A stretch of DNA of 64,000 bases from Enoplolaimus lenunculus (GCA_030248215.1 JASANG010001204.1:124001-188000); one strand, 5' to 3'. Numbered from the stretch's first letter, positions 26,232 to 40,867 are shown. Notes: generated by a model not told the origin, from the letters alone. Translations and numbers: made by a program.

Positions 26232-28701
26232 TTAAACTTACCGCATACAGGCAAGAATAATTGACACGCAAAACTTTTATTCACTACCTCAAAGTATTTA
26301 ATCCCCATTGCAAAAATACGATATGTTCAGCAATGTAAAAATAAGAAACCTTATTGCGTTTTCAATTGATATCAAAGTCCATAAACACCTCTAAATGATT
26401 TAGCGGTTAAGTTTACTTGTCTGTACCCGAATACACCCTGCACCAATAATTCGGCTTAACCATTACAGAAAATATAAATATTCAAGCCGTCCGGTGTTTT
26501 TAATTTCTAACATAATACAACATACTAGTTGATACTGAAGACAATAATTGAAAATATGTCTATACACAGCTTTACGGGTGCTAAAATCAATCTTTTGTGA
26601 ATCTTTAGCTAGAATTTATTACTTACTATTTACCATTTTCTTTCTGAATACCTATCTCTGTTTATTTATTTATTTGTGAGCACCACTCTGCAACCAAAAA
26701 CATAAATTTTCGAAATTGCAAACTTCACAAACTGCTGCAATATATTAATTTCATGTTTTTGCGTCAATTTTCAGATAAACGTGATCAAAAAAAAACAATT
26801 TTTGACGTAAAACCAATTATTGAAAAGGACAGAAGTAAAAAAATTTTCTTGCGGCAGAAAATCCGGAGTTTGACTAACGGGACAATATATCTCCATAGTC
26901 AAACGCACAGAGAGACATCGCATTCAGATGATAACTGTCGTTCAAAATTGATTTTTTACAACAATATTCTTTTCGATATATACAAGCCAATATTAATACA
27001 GCAATGTTTGAAAAAATAAGATTTTTTATAAGTTAAGTTTAAATACCATTCGGTATTTCAATCGTACCATGGTTACCGATATGCCTTGGCAACTGGCCGA
27101 ACCATAAACGCAAATATTGCTTAGAAGATTTAAAACACGCTAGTTTTAAGCTGATTGCAAAAATATAAAAGCAACAGATTTAGTAAGCTAAGTTAGACAC
27201 AAAATTTGGCAAGTTTGAAAAAGCACAATTCAATTGAACTTTCTTGCGAGGCACTCATAAACCCGCTAGACCTTAAATTTCGGGGCATTCATAAGCAGCG
27301 TATTGGAGACTCTTGAAGAGAACTTAAACCAACGTTTTGGCCCTTATAGTTATGTTCATGCTTAGGCTAATCCTCCCAGCTTGTTCGGTACATGTTGCAA
27401 GCATATATACCAAACAGTATATGCTTTACTTTTGACTAAATTAAAACGAAGTATATATATCTTGTGTTCAAAATTACAAACACAACTTATCTTAGTAGCT
27501 AGGTGATTTATTACTAAAATTAGATAATTTTAGTTTAAAAAAAAACTTGGAGCTTTTGGTCAAGTTCGATTTTAAAACACGAGCAACACAAATAGAAAAC
27601 TTAGATTTGTTAAAGGTTTCCCATGCATCTATTAAGGGGTATAAACTTTGATTGATATCGTGGAGAAGAAAACTTCAAATTGAACCGAAATTGTTTGTGA
27701 CATTTCGTAAGGCCTTATCGATAAAACGAAGCAATTCTTTCCGAATTTCATATTTTTCATCAAAAATTTTGCGGAAATGTTTTCGTCCGATCATTGTATA
27801 TTTTACAAATTCAACGACGACTGGGCTGTTCGTTGTTAGAGTATTTTAGCTGAACAAAGCGTACTGACGATGCGCAATAATTGAACACAGTTTTGTGTGA
27901 AAGATGTTCTTTAAACATTCTTAGATTCTAAATTTAGGTCACGAAAAACTTCAAATTCTGCGTAGGAATTTTTGTAGACACAAATTGTAGTAAATGTGAC
28001 TAGACGTTAATAAAAGTTTTGTCTCACACTTGTTTAATACTAAATTTGTGTTCAAAATTTTATTTTTGACTATACTTTAAATGTGCAACTGCGAAATGTA
28101 CTTATGTAAAGTTATGGTTGTAGGACGAATTCGAAAAATTTATCATCAATTAGCGATTCGTTTTACGGAAATATACCAATTTTTCAGCAAGGTTAAAATC
28201 AAATTTAACGGAATTTAAACGGATTGGAATGCTGTCTTAGCCGAACGCGGTTAATCTTTAGCAGAGTTTTCGTCAAGCATCAATGAAAGGAGTAGAAAAG
28301 TACTAAACTAATGACCAACTCGACGCTGGATGCTACTGAACAACAGATTTAAAATTTTAAAGCTTCAAAACATCCTAAACCCGTGCCATAAGCATATAGT
28401 TATGTTCCACCAGTTGACTCAGTTTTAATATGCAGATTGTTGGTTATGTCGATTAGCTGTTCAAAATTTTGTGTCACAATAACTGCTAAAACTATGTTTG
28501 GCGTCTTGCTCGCATGGTTCGCAAAATTTCTTTCACTATTACATTGGTATCATCTCAAATCCATTTGCGCAGCGAGACAACGCGGATTATATAAAAATTG
28601 TTTTTACAATATCACAAGTCGTTTCACGGCAACTCGTCGACCGACAACTTGTAATCCGAAATCTGGTCAAAAAGGGAATTTTTCAAAAAGCATTATGCTT
28701 A

Positions 28702-29142
28702 CTGTAGTGACCCGAATAAGACAGGGGAGTAATAAGATGGAGGTCCCCATTTTTAGTCCCAATGAATAGGAGTCCATATTTCTAATACGAGTCCGTAAGC
28801 GGTTAGAGTCCCTAAACCCTAATTACAGTCCATAAATGTCAATTATCCCTAATCGTAGAGCATAAATTAGTCCAGGATCAAATAATGTTGAGTTCGAACC
28901 TTTAAAGCATGCTAAGCTTTGAAAGTAAGATTCCAATGTATAATCTTGCATTATCACTCAAGCTTTTAATGCAAGACAAAAAACGTTTAATTGAGCGGAT
29001 AGTTGCAATACCGGATATATCAGTAACAAAGGGAGGCGGAACGTAGGTTAAAAATGAATAACAGTCCGTAATCGAGTAACAGGGGTACTCTCTGGAGAAT
29101 CCAAATAAATATCAGTCCCCCCTCTTATTCGGGTAACTACAG
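28702..29142. mobile_element. MITE family A copy nested in a family C element
   Basis: Both TIRs and TA flanks; reverse orientation. Confidence 0.85.
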
Positions 29143-29514
29143 TAGCCTTAAAAGCGTAGGCTTATGATTAAACTTCGCATTATGCTTAGGCTTAGAGTAA
29201 GACCACTGTTGGAAGACAAGTTGTCTGGCGACGAATCGTCGTAGATTAACTGTTAATATGGCAGATGCATGGCACACCGCCACGATAGCACAACCCTTAC
29301 GTGATAAAATTGTTATAGATAAGATAACTACCAACTAGTAGTTATACACCAGTAAAATTACTATCATACAAAAAAACAGGCCTCTCGTACAGTGTAGGCG
29401 CTATGTTCAAAACAAACTATAAAGGCTAAAATTTGCGTTAACCTCCAGTTTACTCATTTAACATTTGGCAGTTCATAAATTGTGTCGAAATTAACTCCGC
29501 AAATACTTCCAATA

Positions 29515-29703
29515 CTATAGTGACCCGAATAAGAGGGGGGTAATAATGAAGAGGTCCGCATTTTGAGTCCCAATCAATAGGAGACCGTATCCCTAATAAG
29601 AGTCCGTAAGCGGATTAGTTATCCCTAATCGTAGAGCATAAAAGAGTCCAGAACGAAATAAAGTTGAGTTCGAAACTTTAAAGCGTACTTAAGTTTTGAA
29701 AGT
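29515..29703. mobile_element. MITE family A truncated copy
   Basis: One TIR plus internally deleted body. Confidence 0.7.
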
Positions 29704-31569
29704 AATGGAAGCGAGATGTTTCAACTTGTATAAAAATTTGCTTATTGGAACCCAGAATGGTACAGATGTCCCCGATTGAAAATCCTATGATAGCAATCAA
29801 GCGAATTGAGCCTAAAACTTGTCCCATGTTCAAAATTTGATAGCACAAACTTTATATAAATTTGCTACGCAGTAGTACCTCTTCGTTTACAAAATTTCAA
29901 CATTTCAGATGCACACTTAAATATCTTGTCCGTGACCTCAAATGATACGTTTTGAACCGCAAAAATTTTGAGTAATTAATAAAATCACACAAAATTCATA
30001 AATCTGCGCTCTAAAACGCCGAACAAAAGCGTTTGCAAGTAAAGCCAACAACAGATGCTAAATAGATGTAAACTAAGAAGTATATTCATGTGTACGAGCA
30101 ACGTTGAGGTCACGACCATGCGAATGTTTTATAAAAGAAAGTCGACCTTTAAGATTCTATTCGCCGATGAAATTTATTCGAAGGGGTCACTGCGTTTTGA
30201 AGGGTGTACATTTTTCATGAATTAGCGAGACACAACTATGCGATAAAGTTTCGTTGCCAGGAACATGGTCACAAACCCACAGCCAGACTGCACTCAAAAT
30301 AATATTTTTGATATTTAAGAAAAAATTTTTTACATTTGAGAAATATGATTAGCAAGGCGCACTTGAAAAGTATTTCTGTTATAACAAAAATGTATCAAAA
30401 AACGTTTTGAAATGAAGTCTGAAAACAAACGTTTTCCGGTTATTTTTTAGAAAAATTGTCTTAAATATCAGCAAAACTTTTCAGATTTGCCACAGAAAAC
30501 ACTTTTCTGAATAAATTCAGAAATACTTTTTTGTGTGTGATGGAGACGTAAGCGGGTAAAGATTTCTTTACCGGCCAGCGCTTTGCCCGCGAAAACCTTA
30601 CTTTTTCATTCGCGAATGTGTCCGCGCAAAATGGCTTTAACCGCGACCCACCTTACACTCCCTATTTCTTTCGTCTGTGATTCATAAAACTTGTCAAGTT
30701 TATTTGTATTGATATTACCTAATTGTTTGGCCTTGGTTTAGGCTATAATAAACCGTATTTAGTGGCTGGAGGTACGTCCCTGGGGGTGAAAAACACCCAG
30801 CAGAAGGTCAACACGTGTTGCAGGAACCGGGGTTAGCGATGAGACATACGCAGTTAAAAAATAGTGTTTAAACTGTGAATTTGAAACAAATTTCCTGCAT
30901 TATTCAAAGTTGGTGGTTAACCTTTTCATACAAAATTTTCAGAAGCAAAACTTCAAAAATTGTTCAAAAAATTTACCAAAGCGGTGATATGCCGAGTGTG
31001 TAAAAAGAGAATCAACCATACACCAGCCCATCGGGGGTCCGTAGAATTTCGAGGCGTGCTGGTGTATAAACAACTCCTATGGTAGTTTCGGAGGAATTTA
31101 ACAGAGCACTGAAAATGCAAGTTCAACTATAACGGGAAGTTTTACATACGACTCCTAACATTTTTCAAACATTCTTTCAAAAAATGGTGTAAAATTACTA
31201 ATTTTGAACTGGCGATCGAATATCTGGATCTGTGTCTCCTTTTTATTGCTCGCATTGATTCCGTGAACACAAACACATCGGTGGGTTTCTTCAAATGATA
31301 CACTTAAAAGGGGGAAACTTTAATTGATATCTTTGACGGAACTATCAGTGATCCTGGTAATCTTTAAATGCGATTTAAACTTGAATTACTATTTGATATG
31401 TAATCTTGAATGGTATACTGGTCAAAATAGGCCTAACTGAAGGCACCATAGTCCATAGTAGCTCAAACGCTGGCCAAATTTTTATAGTTTGACTCTTTAC
31501 GAGGCAAACCTATGCGGCGGTAACAAAGTCGAGGTTTTCAACGAAACTGAAACTAAATGATTATATCAA

Positions 31570-31789
31570 GGCACTATATTCTCAAATGGGATAAGCACCT
31601 ATCATCAGTTAGCGATAGGTTTTTAAACTGTCGAACATCTACAATTGCTGATCTTAAAATTGGTACAGAAGTAGACAAAATCAAATGCGTAAAACGTGCT
31701 GAATTTCGAACCTCACCATTAAGCTGATTTCAACGTTAATCACAGGACCTACCACCGACTAGGTGCTACGCACATTTGAGAATACGGGC
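31570..31789. mobile_element. MITE with TIR TATTCTCAAATG...AGCACCTA
   Basis: Inverted ends; related copies at about 40358-40574, 23695-23750 and 42230-42280. Confidence 0.6.
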
Positions 31790-32064
31790 TAAGGAAATAC
31801 AAAGAACCTCCGCACCATAACCTGAACTTCAATTAAAATTATTCAAATTATAAACGTTGCCAATGTTCAAATTTTAAGTACTAAAATGTAATTAAGTTTG
31901 CATAACGACGTATTTGGACTAACCGGCCATTGAAATTCCGGTAATATTATCATGGACAAGCATCTATTGTTCTTTTTAGAGTCTCAATTATTTCGGCGAA
32001 TTATTTGCAAAATCAAATCGCTAAAATCAAATTTAAACGGTTTGAAATGCATGACAAGATAATT

Positions 32065-32341
32065 GGCACACAATTTCGGTTGGAAAGTATGTCCTTAATT
32101 TTGCTTTTAAAATTTCCGCATCCACGTTGTTTAAGTTGAAACTAACGGCAAAAGTCAATAATGCCTATTTGAAATAGAGTATGCTACTTACATAGAAGAA
32201 GGCACACAATTTCGGTTGGAAAGTATGTCCTTAATTTTGCTTTTAAAATTTCCGCATCCACGTTGTTTAAGTTGAAACTAACGGCAAAAGTCAATAATGC
32301 CTATTTGAAATAGAGTATGCTACTTACATAGAAGAAGGCAC
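32065..32341. repeat. Tandem duplication, 2 x 136 bp
   Basis: Units start at 32065 and 32201, appear identical, and are bounded by GGCAC microhomology. Confidence 0.92.
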
Positions 32342-33850
32342 GTAATATGAACCCTTCTAAGAAATTCCATGAAATACGGCCTATTTCATAGATCTGGACG
32401 AACAGAGTTTCACCATACCATTTCATGGTTGCATGGCCAACGATTCAGTTCCTTCATGTTAACTTAAAACATCAGTCGAATGCTTTGATTTTTAAACAGC
32501 ATGTATATTTCGTATTTCCGGCGGTACGCACCCCACAGATATAGGGAGGGGTAAATTGAAAACGCAACACTCGCTGGTACATTTTATATCATAAAAATTT
32601 AGGTACAAAGCGGATGTACGGAGTATAAACCCCGTAGAAATTAAATGCAAAGTTGCTCAGAATACAGATCTCGACGTGCTGAATTCAGCGGTGCCATTTT
32701 TAGGGCAGCAGAACAGCTGGTTCATATATAATGGCTGTATAAAATTTGAATTTTTACTACATTCAACGTAAATATTTGCCAAACATGGACCATATGTATA
32801 TCAGGGGCGGACTTTTTTCCGGGTAACTGCTAAACAGTACCTAAGGTTCGAATTTTGACTATTTTTGCTTAGGCTTACGCTTGACTTCAAGCTTAGGAAT
32901 GCTCGTCTCATACGCTTATGCTTAGGCTTACGCTTTAGAATATACCTATATTACTGTCCATATCTAGGAATTGGCCGCCAATACAAATGTTTTTTGAGTA
33001 TGCATTATCTATAGATGCTTATAGTAAATCTGATGGATGATCTAAAAAGCATCAAAACCAAACAGCTGGTAAACCGCACGAACATTTTGAGTTATAACAT
33101 TTTACACGAGTGTTCTTTCAATAATTTGATTGGTAAAAATGTAACAACGTTTCACAAAATTTGAAAAAATTAGGTGAAAACTTTTCTAATTTACCAACTG
33201 CAGTTGTTCAGAGTACATTACTGAAACATGGTAAACTATGAAAAACCAATAATGAGGTTGTGGTTCCAATCAATCGCGCAACAACCGCCGAGCAGGGGAA
33301 CCGACCACTGACGTTTTCGATTTTAAATTTTTTTGCATTCTGTAGCGATCCGAATAAAAGAGACGACTGTTATTAATTTTGCCTTTTTAGATGGTTTCTT
33401 AATCTTTTTCTTGAACTTAGACTATGCAGGACGTGTGAGTGTCTGCAACATATTTGAGAAGTTTTTGACATTCTCTTACTTTTGTCTTTCTTACGGTCTC
33501 CAATTATAATTTATGGGCTCTATCCACTAACGGACTCTAATTAGGAATGCAGACTTCTGGTAATTGGGATTCAAAGATAGAAATGTCCATCAACCTTACA
33601 AATTTTGCTTTTGACTTCATACTCACTTATTCGCTCGCGAGGTTTTTTCACCGTTATAAGCTGCAATCATGCATGGTTCCAATACGGCAAAAATATGTTT
33701 TGGCGCTCAGCCATACTGTAAAGAAACTAATTATGCGCTGGACTCAAGGTTCTTAGACATTGATGAATTTTTTAAAACATGATTTTCGTTTTCCTTAAAT
33801 TGATTATGTCAACGTTTTATCCCACTTCTCAGTCTTCTGATAATTTTTTC

Positions 33851-34045
33851 CGCCCATGTATTGAACAGGACCAGAACAGTAGTATAAGCAAATTCGTAAG
33901 CCTAAGCCTAAGCCTAAGCGTAAGGATGAGCCTATTCCTATGCGTAAGTCTAATCCTAGACATAAGCAAAAAGTTAGTCTAAGATTAAACTGTGTCTATT
34001 ACAGCCCGTCTAGAAAACGATCCGACCCCGTTCTATACATAAGCC
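33851..34045. mobile_element. MITE family B copy
   Basis: Colinear with 279-476. Confidence 0.8.
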
Positions 34046-34312
34046 ATTTTTCAATAAAGTTTTGTCTTTTGCAATTTTTATATATTCAAACGATCTAATG
34101 TCCAAGAAGCTAAACAGCCGTTTGAATTCCTAAGCACAAAATATTACACGGCTGTGTTCAGCCGCGTACTAATTAAACAATTGAGGGAGATCACTAGGTT
34201 GCATTACTATTATTTTAAGGTAACCGCATTCACGTTGCTTTATAGTGTACTGTATATCTCGCTACGGCGTTCCGTCACGCGTTAGAATACCACTCAGTGC
34301 GTTACAAATATA

Positions 34313-34454
34313 GGCCAAAGTATATAAAGAACAGGGGCGGAACAGTATTATAAGCACATTCCTAAGCAAGCCAGGCAAAAAATAGCCTAGAGCTTAAGCT
34401 TACTTTTTTCTAGTCCCACAAAAAACCGTTTCGCTTCTAATCTTTACATGGGCC
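34313..34454. mobile_element. MITE family B copy with shortened core
   Basis: Perfect TSD CAAATATA; TIRs recognisable. Confidence 0.8.
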
Positions 34455-35112
34455 CAAATATATAAGACTACGGACAACGGTGCGTGTCGCCTCATGATGT
34501 ATCAAACTGCTTTTTAACATAAGGAAAAGTTCGCACGCCGGCATAGAAAAGCAACTAAGCGTTTTATTTTCATACCCTATGACTATTCTTATCTCCAATA
34601 TATACCTAATTCAGAATAACTTTTACAGATAACATAATTTCTAATTTTAAGTACTGTACAGTATCTGGTAATACCGAATTCCAGGCTGTATAGAATTATT
34701 CGATTTAGGCACTGTTCCAAACCTAAAATTGATGATATATGTATGTAAAATAATCCATAATTTGAACCAGAACAATTATATTGTAATGCCCCAGATTCGA
34801 TCGTAACCAAAACCTGCGAAAACCATAAATGCTTATATATACTCTGTCAAAATACATTGCCAAATATACGCGAGCACATCTTGACGTGATTGCCGGGAGC
34901 TAAGCTTGTTCAGATAGCACAAATCTTACAAGACATATCTCAGGACACACAAATACTCAAGCCGGTCTTATAATTTAGGACCCCTCGAGCAATTAGGGCT
35001 AACATAAGATTTGCAATGCACACAACAAAAGACAGACGCAGGAAGACAGAAAGAAGCTTGAAATCAAATATATATTAAATTAAATGGAACGGTTTACGCC
35101 AGCGAAACATAC

Positions 35113-35131
35113 CTGCCACGAGTTTAGTTGA

Positions 35132-35213
<82 letters not shown>

Positions 35214-35361
35214 GAGACACATGTATATTTGTTGTAGTTGCATTCGCAGATGGATTTGCTGAAGCAACTGCAGCTGCAGCAACTGCAATACTTTGATGAT
35301 GATGATGTTGGTGATGAGTCGCATGAGGATGTTGTGAACGATCAAGCGGAAAAAATGACAT
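35113..35361 (-). CDS. TFAP2: TFAP2 (AP-2) distal first coding exon (1a); His/Ala/poly-Gln rich, 83 codons
   Basis: ATG at 35361, reading MSFFPLDRSQHPHATHHQHHHH...Q27 HQLNSWQ. It ends at a strong donor CAG|gtatgt in phase 0, compatible with the phase-0 acceptor at 9384. Linkage to TFAP2 is inferred from strand, phase and composition. Confidence 0.72.
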
Positions 35362-37770
35362 AGCTAGTTTTTTTTAAATTTTTGTCAAAAAAATTCACTA
35401 AGCTATACCGTCGTTAGGTCAGTGTTTCGTCAAGCGTTGATAGTAGTGCGTTATGCTATTTAGAAAAATTTTCAGGTCCAAGTTGATTATTATTGCCGCT
35501 TCGTTATTTGTATCGCAGCGTAAGGGTGGTAAACATGCAAAGGATGTGTTTTAGACTGTTTTAATTAACATAATTGCAACCTTTGTAATATTAATACTAA
35601 AACAACAAACTGATATTTACGAATCACGACAAAACATCAAATTTTATACCTTAGACATTCGGCTGTAAATCTTTTTTCTTTGTTTAGCAAAGACTTAAGT
35701 TTGTTGTTGGCCACTTTCCTAGTTATACTGCCACGAGCAAAATATGCGCAAGTGCACAAAATCCTCAAATCTCTATAAATAATACTGTAGGCCAAATTAG
35801 TCGCACCGACTTCTTAGGATGGTTGCAGTTCGAAACGAACCTTACGGCTGAGAGCTAGCTATAAAATTATCGCGTAATACAATTCGCACGCACAAGCGCC
35901 GAACCTAGTGCGACAATGGACCGAGCGCTTGCTCAAATAATTATTAAGTATACCTCGAAGTTAGACCTCAGGTAATTTTTGGTCGAGATGTGTGCCGTTT
36001 CTGGTTTTGATTATAATTCTTCAATGTCGCAGTTTCGGTTTTGCATTTTGCCAGAAGAATTTTGTTTTATGCGCTCTTATATTCAATGTAGCGGATAGTG
36101 CGTTCTGTTTTGTTTTGGTTAAATTTGCAGCATTGCTTAGTGTTTTGCTATTGTAGGTTTTTTTATATATATTAAGTAAAATTTTAAATATTTCTAAGTT
36201 ATACCACTACATCGTTCAGTATGAAGCTGGACCAAAGTTCAGTTTGTATACTAATTTTGGCCCTTGTACTATACATGGGTCCTAATCTTGATACCTTAAC
36301 TTGTCATGCCATTTGGCATCGTCAGCACCACCCTTAGTGTCAATTTCATAAATTTATTTCAACGAACAGTATAGCACAGAAACGGCAAAATAGGCAGAAA
36401 ATTATCTTGCTTTAAATAGAACTTAAGGTACTGTTGCCATGATTGAGTCATGTACGTTTTAGTGAAATATTAGTTTTGGTATTTGCACTATGGAAGGTTT
36501 GTAACAGATTGCACCTATGTGACATATAGCAACAGGCCGATGCTTCTACCATGCGCAACTGCTACCGTTGAAAAAAATATGCGTCCTTGTCTTAAGCTTA
36601 AGCTTACTCGATTGCAGTCCCCCAGAAAAATGGTCCGCAACTGATCTTTAGATGTGCTTAAAATTTTTATGCCTTTTTCAGTAATTTTTACACTTTGTCA
36701 ACGGTTAAGCTACGATAAAAATGCGAATACGCTATTAAATTAGTATTTTGATTAACGTTTAACATCGTTTGCTTAAGAGCGTTTTTCGATTTTCCAGGCA
36801 GCTATTCATTGGTTTCAGTGCTTACTGACAAACCGATTTGAATAATGCTGTTTGAGCAGCGAAAAGTGTTTGCAATAGCGTTTTATTTTTGACACGATTC
36901 CTTACTATTTTCAATTAACTTGCAATCGTGCCGACCGGAGTTTTGGTTTAAGTATAAACTTTCCGCTCGAAGACCTATAGCTACTTGGTTCATTGTATAT
37001 AAAATTCGACAATTCCTGCATCTTCTTGTGTTAACTAACATTAAAATTACCAAATTGCATTTAATCGCTGTTGAAAGCTTAAGTTTGAGACAGCATCAAA
37101 CGAATGTTACATTATAGAGACAACATATAAGACAGCAATATGAAGCTGTTTTCTACTTTAGCCGAGACTGCCCTGTTAACGGTCTCCAAGCTAAAGTACT
37201 TTCAATTGAACTTTTTTGCCTCTAAAATTGCACATGCGATGGGTTACGAGTGAATGTTCACAAAATTATTTTATCTGGTCATGAAACTTGGTCCGCTTTC
37301 GATTTTAGACGAAATGGTCTTGAATAAGCCACATATTGGGCTGTGTATGTCACATATGTGTGTCAATTACCACTTGGTCTAGGCCGATCTGCTATTCTGA
37401 GCAAATAGCAAATAAGCCTGAGCCAAATAGGGACTGTACTGTGTCGCAAAACAACAGGGATGTAAAGTCAACGCTGATTGATTAACGGTACTGCGCCTGT
37501 CCAGATTATCAAATCTGAATGGTCAATTAATAATTTTCTTGAATAGCAGATTGGCCTACGACATATATATACTACCAGCTAAAGGCGCGAAAGGGTTTCA
37601 ACTTTTGATTATGGCTATATTTCTTATTTGAAAAACCCAGCGTGTAGATTTATCAACTGTTTCGCTTCTTTGGTGGAAATTAAAAATGTCTGCTAAACTG
37701 TTTGAAACGATAAAATAATGAAACACTTTAGAATTTAACTTGTATCGTTTATAATTTAATTTTTCGTGTA

Positions 37771-38184
37771 CTGTAGTGACCAGAATATAAGGGCGACTGA
37801 TATTTATTCTGCCTATCTGGAGTATATACCGCCTGTTATTCTATTGCGAACTGGTCTTAATTCTTAATTCACCCAATGTTAGTTGGACTAAACACTTTTC
37901 TTTTTTGTATTCTTTCGTTTGGCCACAACTGACTTGGTGCGAAGCACTTTTGTTGATTGCCATGTCCATTATATTTTTCCTGAATTTTAGTAAAATTTAT
38001 CCGGTTTGTCTGATATTTGAGCAATCTAATTGATTCTTCTGCTATGGTCTCTTTTCATGGGCATTAATTGAGAATTCATGGATTATATCCAGAAACTGAT
38101 TCTAATTATGGATACAGATTCCTATTTGTTGGACTTAAAATGGTGACACCTTTCTGTTACCCCCTCTGATTCGGTTCATTACAG
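37771..38184. mobile_element. MITE family A, diverged relative
   Basis: TA|CTGTAGTGACCAGAAT...ATTCGGTTCATTACAG|TA; ends similar, middle different. Confidence 0.65.
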
Positions 38185-40663
38185 TATTTAGCTTTAACGA
38201 TTACAATTCTATCTTAAGTTAAAACGTGGTTCATTCTTACATACTTTTGTTAAAACAAAGTTAAATTCCACAACGTGATTTGGTGCGAAGAAACTGAAAC
38301 GCAAGCAAAAGAGAACAGTTGTGAACAAAGAAAAACCATAAAAGCTAACCTGAATACGTCTCAATGATTAACAAAAGCAATGCGGGTGTTTGCCATATTT
38401 CAGGCTTGAAGCCGGATCCATTAGTTAAAGGTTACAATCCTGGAAATTTTGGTTTTCTCGCGGAAAAACGGTACCGAGTTGTTTGAAATAATTCCGAGAA
38501 TTGCCTAGTTTTCTGTCAAGAAGGGACCGTGATAACTTCTGGTCTTTTAACAAACAAATTAATTTTAAGGTTTTCAATTACACACTGTACTCTCTCGTTC
38601 TCTGTTTATTGATGTGGTCGAAAATAGCTTAGCTTTTTAGTATTGGGATTCGAAGTTAGGTAATTAGCAAGCTTTTCACGCAATTCTGATTTGAATATTA
38701 GACAAACTTTGTGTTTCGATTCAGATTCCGGCCTTTGTTGTATTCTGAGGACGGTGTTCCGACTTTTCGTTTATATATGACCGTTTCCGCTAATTCCAAG
38801 TTTAATTTAACAATATAACCACAATTCTTTGAAACAATGCAAGCAGCAAAGATGAGTTGTTCAAGTTTGGAAATTATAGCTCAAACAAACAGCAATGATT
38901 TGCAAACTGTAGATTATCGCATTGCTTACGCTGAGCACAATATATATATGTATATATATATATATATAATAAAATCATCTTATCATAACAGGTTGCACGA
39001 ATTCCTAATGATAAAGTCAACTTCAAGCTGAAATTGAAATGCCGAATAAGCTAAAAAAATGCTTTTGGGTTCTGATTCAAGCACATGTTATTCCGATTGC
39101 AAAACCAAAATTAAATTGATCTTATAAGCACGTTGGTTTTTGCAGTATCTCATATAAGACAATAATGGAGGTTTAGATTTGGCTTAGTCTTAGGCGTCGG
39201 AATACGTTTGACTGTTTTACGGCAGTAAAAGTAACATTTGCCACTGTTGCAATAGCCGTGTATCAGTTTCGAAAGCTGCAAAACTTGAAGCATTTGGATG
39301 TTAGAGGGCTTTGTTTCTTAGAAAACTCTTAAATAATTTTTAAACTGCTTTATCCGTGATTATAAAAGCTTTAAACTGTGCTGCAGCAGCAAACAATTTG
39401 CTAAAGTATAACTTGTTAATACAGAGCTTAACGATTAATTACTGTAATTAACTTCAAAAACCGTTTATTTATCAAAATCTCCGACTTTGTCACGAAAATA
39501 AGGACAAAAATAACACACTTTAGCTTACGAATTTTAGTAATATTGACCTTAAGACACACTGCACCGCTTTTTACTCGTTAAATAGACGACTCCTTAAACA
39601 TTTCAACGAAAATTTTATGTTATTTATAGGATTGTTTGGGCCTTGGGCCGCAAACGGGTTGCTTATAGTGGTCAAAAATTCAGCGCATTTCGAGACATTG
39701 TCCATTTCGTAAATTACTTCACCTCAGGCTGTTTTTCGAATCAAATTTATCATTTATTTTAAAACAACATAACGCAAATAAACGTCTCTATGATTGTAAA
39801 TTATGAACCTTCAACAGGTTTGTATACTCTACAGTATTGCTAAATAATTATCTGTATTTTGATCTTTAACCTTCCGGCTGTTTGCTCTGAAATTAACTCC
39901 TGACGTTAAGAAAGATATGTTTTGCCACATTTAATTAGTAAACCAAAAACCGCATGAAACTCATTAATAGAGCAGAGATAACAAATGCTGTGTAAGAGAA
40001 TGTTCTGTTCGACTTGTTTTTTGTCATTGTTCAGAACACTCATGTTTACAACAATCACTGACGATCTGACGTACGTAAACCATTTTTCTTAAATAATAAA
40101 GTGATAATTAATAATATTATTAGGTTTAATTACAGTTTAGCCTCCCCCAGAGCAAGAAGAATCAAAGGTTGATACCACAACGCGGTAAAGCTTTAAATAA
40201 GATCAGCCAAATAATGCTAGGAACATATTTGTAAAATTTGTCTTTCCTGCTTGTGACATTTTAGGTTGCAACGGCTGCAATCACTATCGCTAGAGCCTTT
40301 GGTCAAAAGCTGCTACGAAATAATGGTTGTGAGCCATTTGGCATAAGCTGTGACCTTGGCTCATATTATGAAATGCATATAGCAACTATCATCAGTTAGT
40401 CATAGGTTTCAAACTCAACAACTATACCGAGTTCAGATTAAAATTCGCACAGGAGTTGGTAGAGCAAATTATATGTGAATGAATACTGAGTTTTGAGCCG
40501 CAGCATTCACTGGTTCGAAAGTTCTATCACATATCATTAACTGGTGATAAGTGCTACACTCTGTAATAATGGTCACTATTAAGGAACTTATAATCAACTT
40601 CTTGTTTGATCAGAAAATGATTTTATTGTTTCGTTCAAGCACGACACCTTTCGTAACACATTA

Positions 40664-40867
40664 GATTCTACTTCGCGGGTATTTTCTGGCTACAGTTCGT
40701 CGCCCGACAACTTGTAAATCCGAAAGTTCATCGACTCCACAATTCGTCGCTCATCATTATGTTTAGGCTTATGCTTAGCATTGCGTTTAGGATTATGCTT
40801 AGATTTATTCAACGCTTTAAGACACTGTTGGTCGACAAGTTGTCGTGCGACGAATTTTCGTAGATTC
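40664..40867. mobile_element. MITE family C (subterminal IR TTCGTCGCNCGACAACTTGT, TTAGGC-like core)
   Basis: Inverted ends; a second copy at about 28620-29247 is split by a family A insertion. Confidence 0.65.
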
